In this document: piece by piece, positions 21,484 through 29,362 of the stretch
Layout: the number at the start of each line of letters is the position of its first letter
Position numbering within the stretch: the stretch's first letter is position 1
Assembly: GCA_046753505.1 (NCBI GenBank)
Contig: JBHHTR010000003.1
Span: 1-36,238, forward strand
Length of the DNA stretch: 36,238 nucleotides
DNA from: Thermodesulfobacteriota bacterium
GTDB lineage: Bacteria > Desulfobacterota > GWC2-55-46 > S146-70 > JAUXIU01
Reading direction: 5' to 3'
Program-made: the position numbers and the translations under genes
The notes under the pieces: generated by a model
What the model saw: the letters and a program-made list of their open reading frames with translations, nothing else
Databases searched by the model: none
Told to the model about the DNA's origin: nothing

Positions 21484-22500
21484 ATGCCTCCTGAATCCAA
21501 AAAACTTTATGAAAAGAAGAAGCGGCTTCACAGGCTCCTTGCACTTCTCCGCAAGCTGGACAATCGTGAGAGAATCACGGCGGCTACCCTTGCGAGTGAG
21601 TTCGATGTCAGCAAACGGACGGCGCTGAGGGATATCAGGGATCTCAACGAGTCCGGCTTTGCTCTTTTATTTGACAGAGAACAGGGTACTTACAGCTTTG
21701 CAGACCCCGACTACACCCTCAGAGACTTCAACCTCAACGACAATGAATTGATGGTTCTCTTCCTTGGCGGGCAGATGGCCCACAGTCTGGGCAAGCCCTT
21801 TGAGGACGCCTCAAAATCCCTGCTCAAGAAAGCGTATAAGGAGAGTGGCAGAAAGACCAGAGGGAGGGTGGAGAAGTATCATGAGGAAAACAGGTTCTGG
21901 GTAGACATGGAGCTTGGCGAGGAGTTTGAACAGGTCGAAGGGCAATACAACGCCATCAATGAGGCCATGAACAGGAAGGTAGAACTGGAGATAACCTACG
22001 TGGCGATGCAGTCCCAGGCGGAGACAAGGAGGGCTGTCGCGCCCTACGGCCTCATATTCAAGTACGGTCTCTGGTATCTTATCGGCTACTGCAACCTGCG
22101 CGGGGAGATAAGGATCTTCGCCCTGGACTGTATAAAATATTTCGAGTTAACCGGCAGGCCATACACCATACCGGCCGATTTCCAGATTGCAGAGTACTTT
22201 GAGGCCGGATGGAACATGCTCCGCTATGGCGAACCGGTTGAAGTGGTCCTCAAATTTTCAAAGGAGTACGCACGATGGATAAAACGGCGCAGATGGCACC
22301 CGACACAGGTGATAGAAGAGCAGGAGGACGGCGCCATAATCTTCAGGGCAACCGTGGCGGGCACCATGGAACTCAAGTGGTGGACATACCACTGGATACC
22401 GTACTGCGAAGTCCTCTCCCCACCCGAACTCAGGATAGAGGTCATGGCAGAGATGAAGGAGGTGATGAAAAGATATGGAGAGAGATTGTGCAGAGCCTGA
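21484..22500 (+). CDS. HTH-WYL-WCX transcriptional regulator (PafBC/DriD/YafY-like)
   Basis: N-terminal wHTH (LASEFDVSKRTALRDIRDL), WYL domain (RAVAPYGL...WYLIGYC...RIFALDCI), C-terminal WCX (EVLSPPELR). Confidence 0.93.
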   Translation: MPPESKKLYEKKKRLHRLLALLRKLDNRERITAATLASEFDVSKRTALRDIRDLNESGFALLFDREQGTYSFADPDYTLRDFNLNDNELMVLFLGGQMAHSLGKPFEDASKSLLKKAYKESGRKTRGRVEKYHEENRFWVDMELGEEFEQVEGQYNAINEAMNRKVELEITYVAMQSQAETRRAVAPYGLIFKYGLWYLIGYCNLRGEIRIFALDCIKYFELTGRPYTIPADFQIAEYFEAGWNMLRYGEPVEVVLKFSKEYARWIKRRRWHPTQVIEEQEDGAIIFRATVAGTMELKWWTYHWIPYCEVLSPPELRIEVMAEMKEVMKRYGERLCRA

Positions 22501-22502
22501 CA

Positions 22503-22536
22503 ACGACATAGGGTTGTCATAGGGGTGTGGTAGGGT
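22503..22536 (+). promoter_or_regulatory. Putative WYL-regulated promoter 1 (HNH gene)
   Basis: ACGACA-N6-TGTCAT, then 10 nt, then TAGGGT (TAnnnT, preceded by TGg). Confidence 0.7.
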
Positions 22537-22573
22537 TTTGGACTCATATTATTCGTGTAAGGAGGGCCTGTAG

Positions 22574-22618
22574 ATGGCGAAACGTTACAGGAGAGAAGAA
22601 AAGGGGGGAGAAAGATGA
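22574..22618 (+). CDS. 14-aa upstream mini-ORF (MAKRYRREEKGGER)
   Basis: TAAGGAGG 8 nt before the ATG; its TGA overlaps the next ATG (ATGA 22615-22618). Confidence 0.4.
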   Translation: MAKRYRREEKGGER

Positions 22619-23710
22619 AGTTCAACATGTCGGATAGTTTACAGGACAAAGGAGCAAAGATCTTAGACGAAGTCTACAAGAATATCAACAGTGCAGCAAG
22701 TAGCAACTATGAAGAATTTTATCTTAACCGTTATCTATATCAACGCCTACGTAACAAGGAGCAGAAGGGCAAAAAAGAGATCAAGGAGCAATTATACACC
22801 AAGAATCAGTAGTGTCCGGTAAAAACTCGGAAATTAGTGCATAAACGGGGCAATCATCTGGTCTATTTTTTGCCCGGACAGCATTCAAAACCCCTTAAAA
22901 TAGCTATAAGAGCCTATTTGTACAAAAAAAAGGAAGCTCTTACGATTTCAGAAAAGTCTCTTTTAAATTGAGATTCAGGTTTGCCCGGACAGCATGTCTT
23001 GCCAATGCCTAACCTCTTGAAAAATAATCAATTTATTTTTATCAACAAGGCTTTACCGATGAACTTGAAAGTTTAACCGGACACCAGTGACCAAGAATCC
23101 TAAATGTCATTATTGTGGGGACCCCTTTGCCACTGATAAGGGGGTAGAGCTCCATCGAAAAGATGCGACGCAAGTCTACCCTAAAAGCAATTGTGTGCTT
23201 GTTCATAAAAAATGCCACCCACCCCAAGAAAAAGCTGATAATATAAATAAGAATAGGGTTCATACTAACAAAAGCAATTCTATGCGAAAAGAGGACACAC
23301 AAACTTCAACGCATCAATCCACTACCGTAAAAAGTACAAACAATGCGGGCGGAAAAGATTATTCACAGTATTTGTTCCAAGGCATCAAGTATTGCAAGAG
23401 GAGATTAGTCTTAGCCATTGTAAAGCAATATCTTCAAGATAATCCACATACTTCTTATGCAAAGCTATCTTGTAAATTTCCTACGGAATTACAGGGTTCA
23501 CAAGGAGTTTTTCGGAGAATAGACAACATAATAAACGAAGGGAGATATATGATGGACGATAAGCTTAAGACAGGGGATGGTATAACCATAGCTGTGTGGG
23601 GAGATTGGGGTGCAATAAAAAATAACTATGGCACAGTAAAACAGGATATTGACAACTTTATCAGGCATGTTAAAAAGAATATAGGTTACAATATCAGGAA
23701 GGCCCGATAA
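22615..23710 (+). pseudogene. HNH endonuclease with C-terminal putative DNA-recognition domain, interrupted by a MITE (join 22615-22806, 23099-23710; 267 aa)
   Basis: Removing 22807-23089 plus one ACCAAGAAT copy fuses the two ORFs in frame: LYTKNPKCHYCG...VELHRKD...SNCVLVHKKCH. Confidence 0.85.
22807..23089. mobile_element. 283-bp MITE (family D) with 9-bp target-site duplication
   Basis: TIRs CAGTAGTGTCCGGTAAAA / TTTAACCGGACACCAGTG; TSD ACCAAGAAT at 22798-22806 and 23090-23098; internal 16-bp direct repeat TTTGCCCGGACAGCAT (22869, 22980). Confidence 0.92.
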
Positions 23711-23838
23711 AGGAGCAGAGCATCTTAGAGCGTACACCTAGAGTAATTGACCGACGGTATCGCGCTCTTGATTTACCCTGTACAGCATATTCCTGATGCT
23801 CCCCCCCCCTCAAATAACCTTCTATAATTCAAACCTTT

Positions 23839-23880
23839 AGAGCAGTGTGACACACGGTTGTCACACTGCTCTGTTATTAT
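23839..23880 (+). promoter_or_regulatory. Putative WYL-regulated promoter 2 (AAA ATPase)
   Basis: Perfect 14-bp inverted repeat AGAGCAGTGTGACA-N6-TGTCACACTGCTCT; TGTCAC-N10-TATTAT. Confidence 0.8.
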
Positions 23881-23911
23881 GTCCACCATCAATCCAGAGT
23901 GGAGGTGTGCC

Positions 23912-25780
23912 ATGTCAGGTCAGATCGAAAGAGCGGAGGAGGTTGCGGATCTTCTTCTGAAAATTGCAGATGCGTCATGGGGTGACGGATCGAGATGGAG
24001 TGAGACTGGCGCGATGGAAATAGAAGCCGGTGTGCCCCGTCTCGTCGAACACCCCATCTTTAAAAAACATAATCTCGACGGAAAGGATGTGGTGATCATT
24101 GCCACCCTCTTTGCAAGGTATCTTGAGGACGGAGAGGGGATGGAGGCCGGGGAGATTTTGAGGAGGATTGAGGAGGAGAAAAAGTCCGTCTTCCTCGGGA
24201 TCGATAGGGTTGGACGGTTGAGGGATATTGGTATTCTTGAAACCATAGGGGAGAGTGACAGGGAGCGCCTTGAATACGGCTCCGAAGAGGAATCCACCGC
24301 ACCTCTCTTCCGCGCCAGTCTCACCCTCTCCGCCGCCTTCATAGCCGGACTCTACGGTGGCGCTGAGGTTATGCCCCACAGTCCTTTGAAGCCGTACAAG
24401 GATAACCTCGAATACCTCGCCGATCAGTTCGACAGGATAAAGCTCCTGGTCAATGAAAGTGGGGCGCTCATGCCGGGCCTGCCAATATCGAGAAGGGCGC
24501 GAAGGCGCAGAACCGCCGGAGTGGATAGGGCGCAGGGTGGGAAAGGCGTGGCAGAGATGGAGAGGAGAATAGCGGGGAGGTTGGAGGTGACGGAACGCTC
24601 CTTTCCCTTTGAGGAGTTCAGGAAGAGGACAAAGCTGAGCAGAAAAGAGGAGCTTGTACTTCTTCTGCTCCTTGAGAATGAGATTGCCAGTGGCGGCCAC
24701 TACGACATTGAAGATATGCTCGACATCATAAGCAGTACCACATATGACAAACTGGTCGATAGAACACTTTTCGATAGAGAGGGCCGGTTGATAAAGGAGA
24801 AGGTCATAGAGAAGGTTTCACGCCATCGCCTCTTCGGAAGGGAGGAGTTCATAAAACTGAACAACAACCTGAAGGCAAGGTTTCTTGAGAAAAAGGGGAG
24901 CCGAAGGAGGGCGGCGCTGAAAGATGATGACTTCTTCGAGGTTGTCAAGCCATCGGTCTCTATGGAGCAGGTCATCCTCCACCCCGCAACCCGTGAGGAT
25001 ATCGGAGCCGTGATAGAGATGATTCGGGGCAATACAGCAGGCGTCCTGCACGAGTGGGGAGTCAACGGAAGCAACCTTACACGCCCTTCATCAGGCAGGA
25101 AGGGGCGCCACTCCGTTACGATGCTCTACCACGGCGCACCCGGCACGGGCAAAACCCTTACGGCGCACGCAGTCGCTCATGCCCTGAAGAGCAGACTCCT
25201 GACCTTTGACTGTTCAAGGATACTGAGTTGCTGGGTGGGGGAGAGTGAAAAGAGTACAAGAAGGATATTTGACAGGTATCGTGAGTTATCGAAGGGGATG
25301 AAAATCCCACCAGTGCTCCTTCTGAACGAGGCTGACCAGTTTCTGCACAGGCGCATTAACGCCACAAGGTCCGTGGAGAACATGCACAACCAGATGCAGA
25401 ACATTTTCCTTGAACAGTTGGAGCAGTTTGAGGGTCTCCTCATCGCCACGACCAATCTTGTGGAAAACCTCGACCCCGCCTTTTCGAGAAGGTTTGACTA
25501 CAAGATTTGCTTCAGGAGACCGGGACCGGGTGAGAGGCTTAAACTGTGGCAGATTCACATGCCCCGCAAGGTTCCCATGGACGAAGATGTGGATATTGAT
25601 TTTCTCGCCGAATACTACGACCTGTCGGGAGGACAGATCGCCGTTGTGATCCGCAATGCCGCCACAAGGGCCGCAAGGAGGGGAGACAAGATGTATCAGG
25701 AAGACTTGCTGAAGGCCTGCAATGATGAGATTGCCGGAAACTTTGATGAAAAGGCAAGAGGGAGGATGGGCTTTTGTTGA
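23912..25780 (+). CDS. AAA+ ATPase with large N-terminal (probably winged-helix) region
   Basis: Walker A GAPGTGKT, pore loop WVGESEK, variant Walker B LLLNEAD, ATTN...LDPAFSRRF, C-terminal MGF; SD GGAGG before ATG 23912. Confidence 0.92.
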   Translation: MSGQIERAEEVADLLLKIADASWGDGSRWSETGAMEIEAGVPRLVEHPIFKKHNLDGKDVVIIATLFARYLEDGEGMEAGEILRRIEEEKKSVFLGIDRVGRLRDIGILETIGESDRERLEYGSEEESTAPLFRASLTLSAAFIAGLYGGAEVMPHSPLKPYKDNLEYLADQFDRIKLLVNESGALMPGLPISRRARRRRTAGVDRAQGGKGVAEMERRIAGRLEVTERSFPFEEFRKRTKLSRKEELVLLLLLENEIASGGHYDIEDMLDIISSTTYDKLVDRTLFDREGRLIKEKVIEKVSRHRLFGREEFIKLNNNLKARFLEKKGSRRRAALKDDDFFEVVKPSVSMEQVILHPATREDIGAVIEMIRGNTAGVLHEWGVNGSNLTRPSSGRKGRHSVTMLYHGAPGTGKTLTAHAVAHALKSRLLTFDCSRILSCWVGESEKSTRRIFDRYRELSKGMKIPPVLLLNEADQFLHRRINATRSVENMHNQMQNIFLEQLEQFEGLLIATTNLVENLDPAFSRRFDYKICFRRPGPGERLKLWQIHMPRKVPMDEDVDIDFLAEYYDLSGGQIAVVIRNAATRAARRGDKMYQEDLLKACNDEIAGNFDEKARGRMGFC

Positions 25781-26733
25781 ACCAGTCTGCCTGCTTCAGG
25801 AGAGCCATTGCCACCCTTTTCCTCGTTACCACATCAATACTCTTTTATGCCTGTTCAGCTCAGGCAGAGTTTCATGTAGAGGCACAGGGGGCGCAATATA
25901 CCCTGGCCGCATATACCGTGCAATATGGCAAGACTGGTCCACGGCAAGCATATGGCAGAACTAGTGTTACAGACATTTCTACTATTGGAAAGGGTTTGAG
26001 GCGCATTAGACGATTCTTACTCTGGACCTTTTACGGCGCCGCTGTAAGGGAGCGTTTGAGAAGGAATCAAGTGCTGGTAAAGGGGGGCTGTTTTAAAATG
26101 GGCGACTCCTTCGGTGACGGGTTTAGGAGTGAAAAACCTGTACACGACGTATGTGTCGACAGCTTTTATATTGAGAGGTATGAAGTAACCCAGCATGAGT
26201 GGTATGTGGTTATGGACGAGACCCCCTCTTTTTTCAATCGTTGCAGTGATTGTCCGGTGGAAAGTGTAATATGGAAGGAGACGCAGGAGTTCGTAAGGAG
26301 GCTTAACAACCTGACCGGCATGAAGTACCGCCTGCCGACCGAGGCCGAGTGGGAGTACGCCGCAAGGAGCGGCGGCAGGAGGGAGAGATGGGCAGGAACG
26401 AGCAGCAAAGAGGAGCTTGGAGTGTATGCCTGGTACGAGGATAATGCCTCTAAGAAGACACACCCTGTTGGAGAAAAGAGGGCGAACGGCATTGGTCTTT
26501 ATGACATGAGTGGCAATGTTAACGAGTGGGTTCAGGACTGGTACGCAAAGGATTACTACAGTAACACTCCCCGTGACAACCCCAGAGGGCCTTCGTCCGG
26601 AGAGGACAAGGTGCTCCGTGGTGGCTCCTTCGGCATAGCGAAGTTGGCGCGTACAGCCAATCGGAACTTCTTCTTTGCGGAGCATAGTTTAAAATACTTC
26701 GGTCTCAGATTAGCCCTCTCCGCTCAGGAGTAG
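25774..26733 (+). CDS. Secreted FGE-sulfatase/SUMF1-fold (CLec) protein
   Basis: Signal-peptide-like N-terminus (AQA), FKMG, YEVTQ, RLPTEAEWEYAAR, GLYDMSGNVNEW, VLRGGS; start uncertain. Confidence 0.88.
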   Translation: MLNQSACFRRAIATLFLVTTSILFYACSAQAEFHVEAQGAQYTLAAYTVQYGKTGPRQAYGRTSVTDISTIGKGLRRIRRFLLWTFYGAAVRERLRRNQVLVKGGCFKMGDSFGDGFRSEKPVHDVCVDSFYIERYEVTQHEWYVVMDETPSFFNRCSDCPVESVIWKETQEFVRRLNNLTGMKYRLPTEAEWEYAARSGGRRERWAGTSSKEELGVYAWYEDNASKKTHPVGEKRANGIGLYDMSGNVNEWVQDWYAKDYYSNTPRDNPRGPSSGEDKVLRGGSFGIAKLARTANRNFFFAEHSLKYFGLRLALSAQE

Positions 26734-26808
26734 TTGTTGCCGGACTTCTGATCCTCTGGTGTCTACGCACGCAAGGGCAAAACCCATGTGTGCTTATACA
26801 AGGAGAAT

Positions 26809-26837
26809 TTGTCCTTTCATTTTACCTGTGCTAACAT
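26809..26837 (+). promoter_or_regulatory. Putative promoter of the malic enzyme gene
   Basis: TTGTCC, 17 bp, TGc-TAACAT. Confidence 0.45.
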
Positions 26838-26864
26838 ACGCCCCATAAAGGGGAATGATCCTAA

Positions 26865-27013
26865 GGAACCTCTGAATAATTCATCCCTGAAGTATTAAGA
26901 GGACGAAAAATAAAAGTGCGATTTTATTTTTCTCACATTTTCAATAACTTATCATCACTGAAAATGGCGTTACATCCATGTATCGCGGAAGGTCCGAATT
27001 AATCAGACCTTCC
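26865..27013. mobile_element. IS5-like miniature element (family A), longest copy, 149 bp
   Basis: TIRs GGAACCTCTGAATAATTC / GAATTAATCAGACCTTCC flanked by CTAA/CTAA. Confidence 0.85.
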
Positions 27014-27047
27014 CTAATAGACTTTATCATGCCAATGGAGGAGGAGT

Positions 27048-28460
27048 ATGTCGGTACCGAGCCCAAGCTACAGTTTCGCAATTCGACTCAAGGCCCTGAA
27101 TAGACCGGGAATGGTCGGGAGGATCACCTCCACCATAGGAAAGAGCGGGGGGGACATCGGCGCGATTGATATCGTTAAGGTCGAGAAGGGCGCCGTCATA
27201 CGGGATTATACGGTTAACGCGAGTAATGTTGACCACAGCACCGAGATTGTAGACGCCCTGAACGGTATCGAAGGAGCCGAGGTCATTTTTTTATCGGACA
27301 GGACCTTTCTCATCCACCTGGGCGGCAAGATCCAGATCGAAAGCAAGATTCCACTCAACACCAGAGACGACCTCTCCATGTCATACACGCCAGGAGTGGC
27401 CAGGGTCTGCATGGAGATAGCCAGGGATAAGAGCAAGGTCTATAACCTGACTATCAAGAAGAATACCGTAGCCATTGTTTCGGATGGCTCCGCCGTTCTT
27501 GGCCTCGGTGATATCGGGCCAGAGGCGGCTATCCCCGTCATGGAAGGGAAGGCCATGCTCTTCAAGAAATTTAGCGGCGTCAACGCCTTTCCTCTATGCC
27601 TCACGACCAAGGACCCCGACGAGATTGTCGAAACCGTCGTCAGGATCGCGCCCATCTTCGGCGGGATAAACCTTGAAGACATCTCCTCCCCCCGCTGTTT
27701 TGAGATTGAATCGAAGCTGCGGGAACGTCTCGACATACCGGTATTTCACGATGACCAGCACGGTACGGCAATCGTTGTTCTGGCAGGGATCATGAACGCC
27801 CTCAAGGTGCTGGGAAAGAGTCTCGCCGGTATGAGAGTCGTCGTGTGCGGCACCGGAGCCGCCGGGATTGCCTGTAGCAGCCTCCTCAAAACAGCTGGCG
27901 CTCAAAATATCCTGGGTGTTGATTCGACAGGTATCCTCTACAGAGGCAGAGAGAATAATATGAACGATATCAAGGTTAAGTTCGCGGAGATAACCAACCC
28001 AGACAATGAAAAGGGGGATCTGAGCGATGCAATGAGAGGGGCCGATATCTTCATCGGGGTCTCATCGCCCGATATCGTTACCGTTGAGATGTTAAAGACG
28101 ATGGCGACAAGCCCCATAATCTTTGCCCTGTCAAACCCTGACCCAGAGATTGATCCATTGGTGGCGGAGCCTCATGTCGCCATCATGGCCACAGGCCGAT
28201 CAGATTACCAGAACCAGGTAAATAATGCCCTCTGCTTTCCAGGCTTTTTCAAGGGACTCCTCGACTGTTGCGCCAAGACAATCAATTACGAGATGAAGGT
28301 TGCGGCTGCCGAGGCCATCGCCTCAGTCATTGACGATGAAGAGCTTTCTGAGGATTATATCATTCCGAGCATCTTTGATGAGAGGGTGGCCGACCGTGTG
28401 GCAAGGAGGGTGGCAAAGGTTGCCATGGAAACGGGTGTGGCGAGACGAGCACCCAAGTAG
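27048..28460 (+). CDS. NAD(P)-dependent malic enzyme with N-terminal ACT domain
   Basis: ACT (NRPGMVGRI), YTPGVA, PVMEGKA, GGINLEDI, FHDDQHGT, GAAG, NQVNN; SD GGAGG. Confidence 0.95.
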   Translation: MSVPSPSYSFAIRLKALNRPGMVGRITSTIGKSGGDIGAIDIVKVEKGAVIRDYTVNASNVDHSTEIVDALNGIEGAEVIFLSDRTFLIHLGGKIQIESKIPLNTRDDLSMSYTPGVARVCMEIARDKSKVYNLTIKKNTVAIVSDGSAVLGLGDIGPEAAIPVMEGKAMLFKKFSGVNAFPLCLTTKDPDEIVETVVRIAPIFGGINLEDISSPRCFEIESKLRERLDIPVFHDDQHGTAIVVLAGIMNALKVLGKSLAGMRVVVCGTGAAGIACSSLLKTAGAQNILGVDSTGILYRGRENNMNDIKVKFAEITNPDNEKGDLSDAMRGADIFIGVSSPDIVTVEMLKTMATSPIIFALSNPDPEIDPLVAEPHVAIMATGRSDYQNQVNNALCFPGFFKGLLDCCAKTINYEMKVAAAEAIASVIDDEELSEDYIIPSIFDERVADRVARRVAKVAMETGVARRAPK

Positions 28461-28605
28461 CTGCCGTAAAGCTGGTTATGAACCAATGCGGAGGCTACTA
28501 CTCATTTGTCCTGCATGTCAGTGTAAGGGAGAGTGGTGGTTAAGAGAAGATAACAGACTCTACTGATGTGTGCTTCTTTGCAGCGCTGGTGATGACGCCC
28601 TATCT

Positions 28606-29271
28606 TCAAGCATTGGCGTGTACACTTTTAAAACCTGCGCCGTATATATTACCTACAATTGATGTTGACCAGACAACGGCCATCCTTCTCGTTTCATCAA
28701 GCTCCCTGAGGTGTACCTTAAATATCTCATTAATCTTTAACGGTGCGCCATAATACCGCACTCCGAGGCTGTGGGGAGAGATGTCAACGGCAGTCGCGGT
28801 AACTGATGTCGTCGCAAACTCCTCGTCCAACAAGAGGCACTCCAACTCCATCCGAGCCCTCTCTTCCCCTCGCTGCACCCTGATTTCTTGAGTTGTCTCC
28901 CCATGCGACACATCCTCTACAAGCCTGAGGAAGGCGTCCATCTTGAACGGTTTCATAAGGTAACGGCAACCGCTCTCCTTCAAAAACCGCTCTGTATCTT
29001 CATTCACCGTTGCAGTGGCAAAGATCACCCTCTTCTGCATCAAGGGGGCTTTCTCCCCCAGGTGCCTAAAGAAATCGGGTCCATCCATAACCGGCATCTC
29101 AATATCGCTGACAATAACATCAAAACGATCCCCTTCAAGGCATTTCAGGGCATCGAGACCGTTACCGGCAGTCACAACCTCGAATCCGCGCAGATCAAGA
29201 ATATCCACCAGGAGGGCAAGAAGGGCCGTATCATCATCTACAACCAGTATTTTCCCCTTTATCTCATCCAT
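28606..29271 (-). CDS. Response regulator receiver with C-terminal PilZ-like domain
   Basis: ILVVDDD, SDIEMPVMDG, KPF; then QRGEER (RxxxR) and DISPHSLG (DxSxxG-like). Confidence 0.85.
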   Translation of the reverse strand: MDEIKGKILVVDDDTALLALLVDILDLRGFEVVTAGNGLDALKCLEGDRFDVIVSDIEMPVMDGPDFFRHLGEKAPLMQKRVIFATATVNEDTERFLKESGCRYLMKPFKMDAFLRLVEDVSHGETTQEIRVQRGEERARMELECLLLDEEFATTSVTATAVDISPHSLGVRYYGAPLKINEIFKVHLRELDETRRMAVVWSTSIVGNIYGAGFKSVHANA

Positions 29272-29332
29272 CCTTCTATCTCCTCCTGCGCTCGATAGCT
29301 GTTGCTAATAATCCAATCTTTTCCAGCGCAGG

Positions 29333-29361
29333 ATGGTATGCAATGCAACTCGTAAAGTCAA
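29333..29361 (-). promoter_or_regulatory. Putative promoter of the response regulator
   Basis: Minus strand TTGACT, 17 bp, TACCAT. Confidence 0.5.
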
Positions 29362-29362
29362 G

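Noticed and set aside
23839-23872. Palindrome as an intrinsic terminator for the HNH gene
   Set aside because: The U-tract is weak, and the core and spacing to TAnnnT match the second box at 22503, which favours an operator; a dual role is not excluded
23858-23911. Longer N-terminus of the AAA ATPase from TTG 23858
   Set aside because: It overlaps the operator palindrome and -10; ATG 23912 has a proper GGAGG SD
26600-26760. Diversity-generating retroelement at the FGE-fold gene
   Set aside because: No reverse transcriptase and no template repeat in the window
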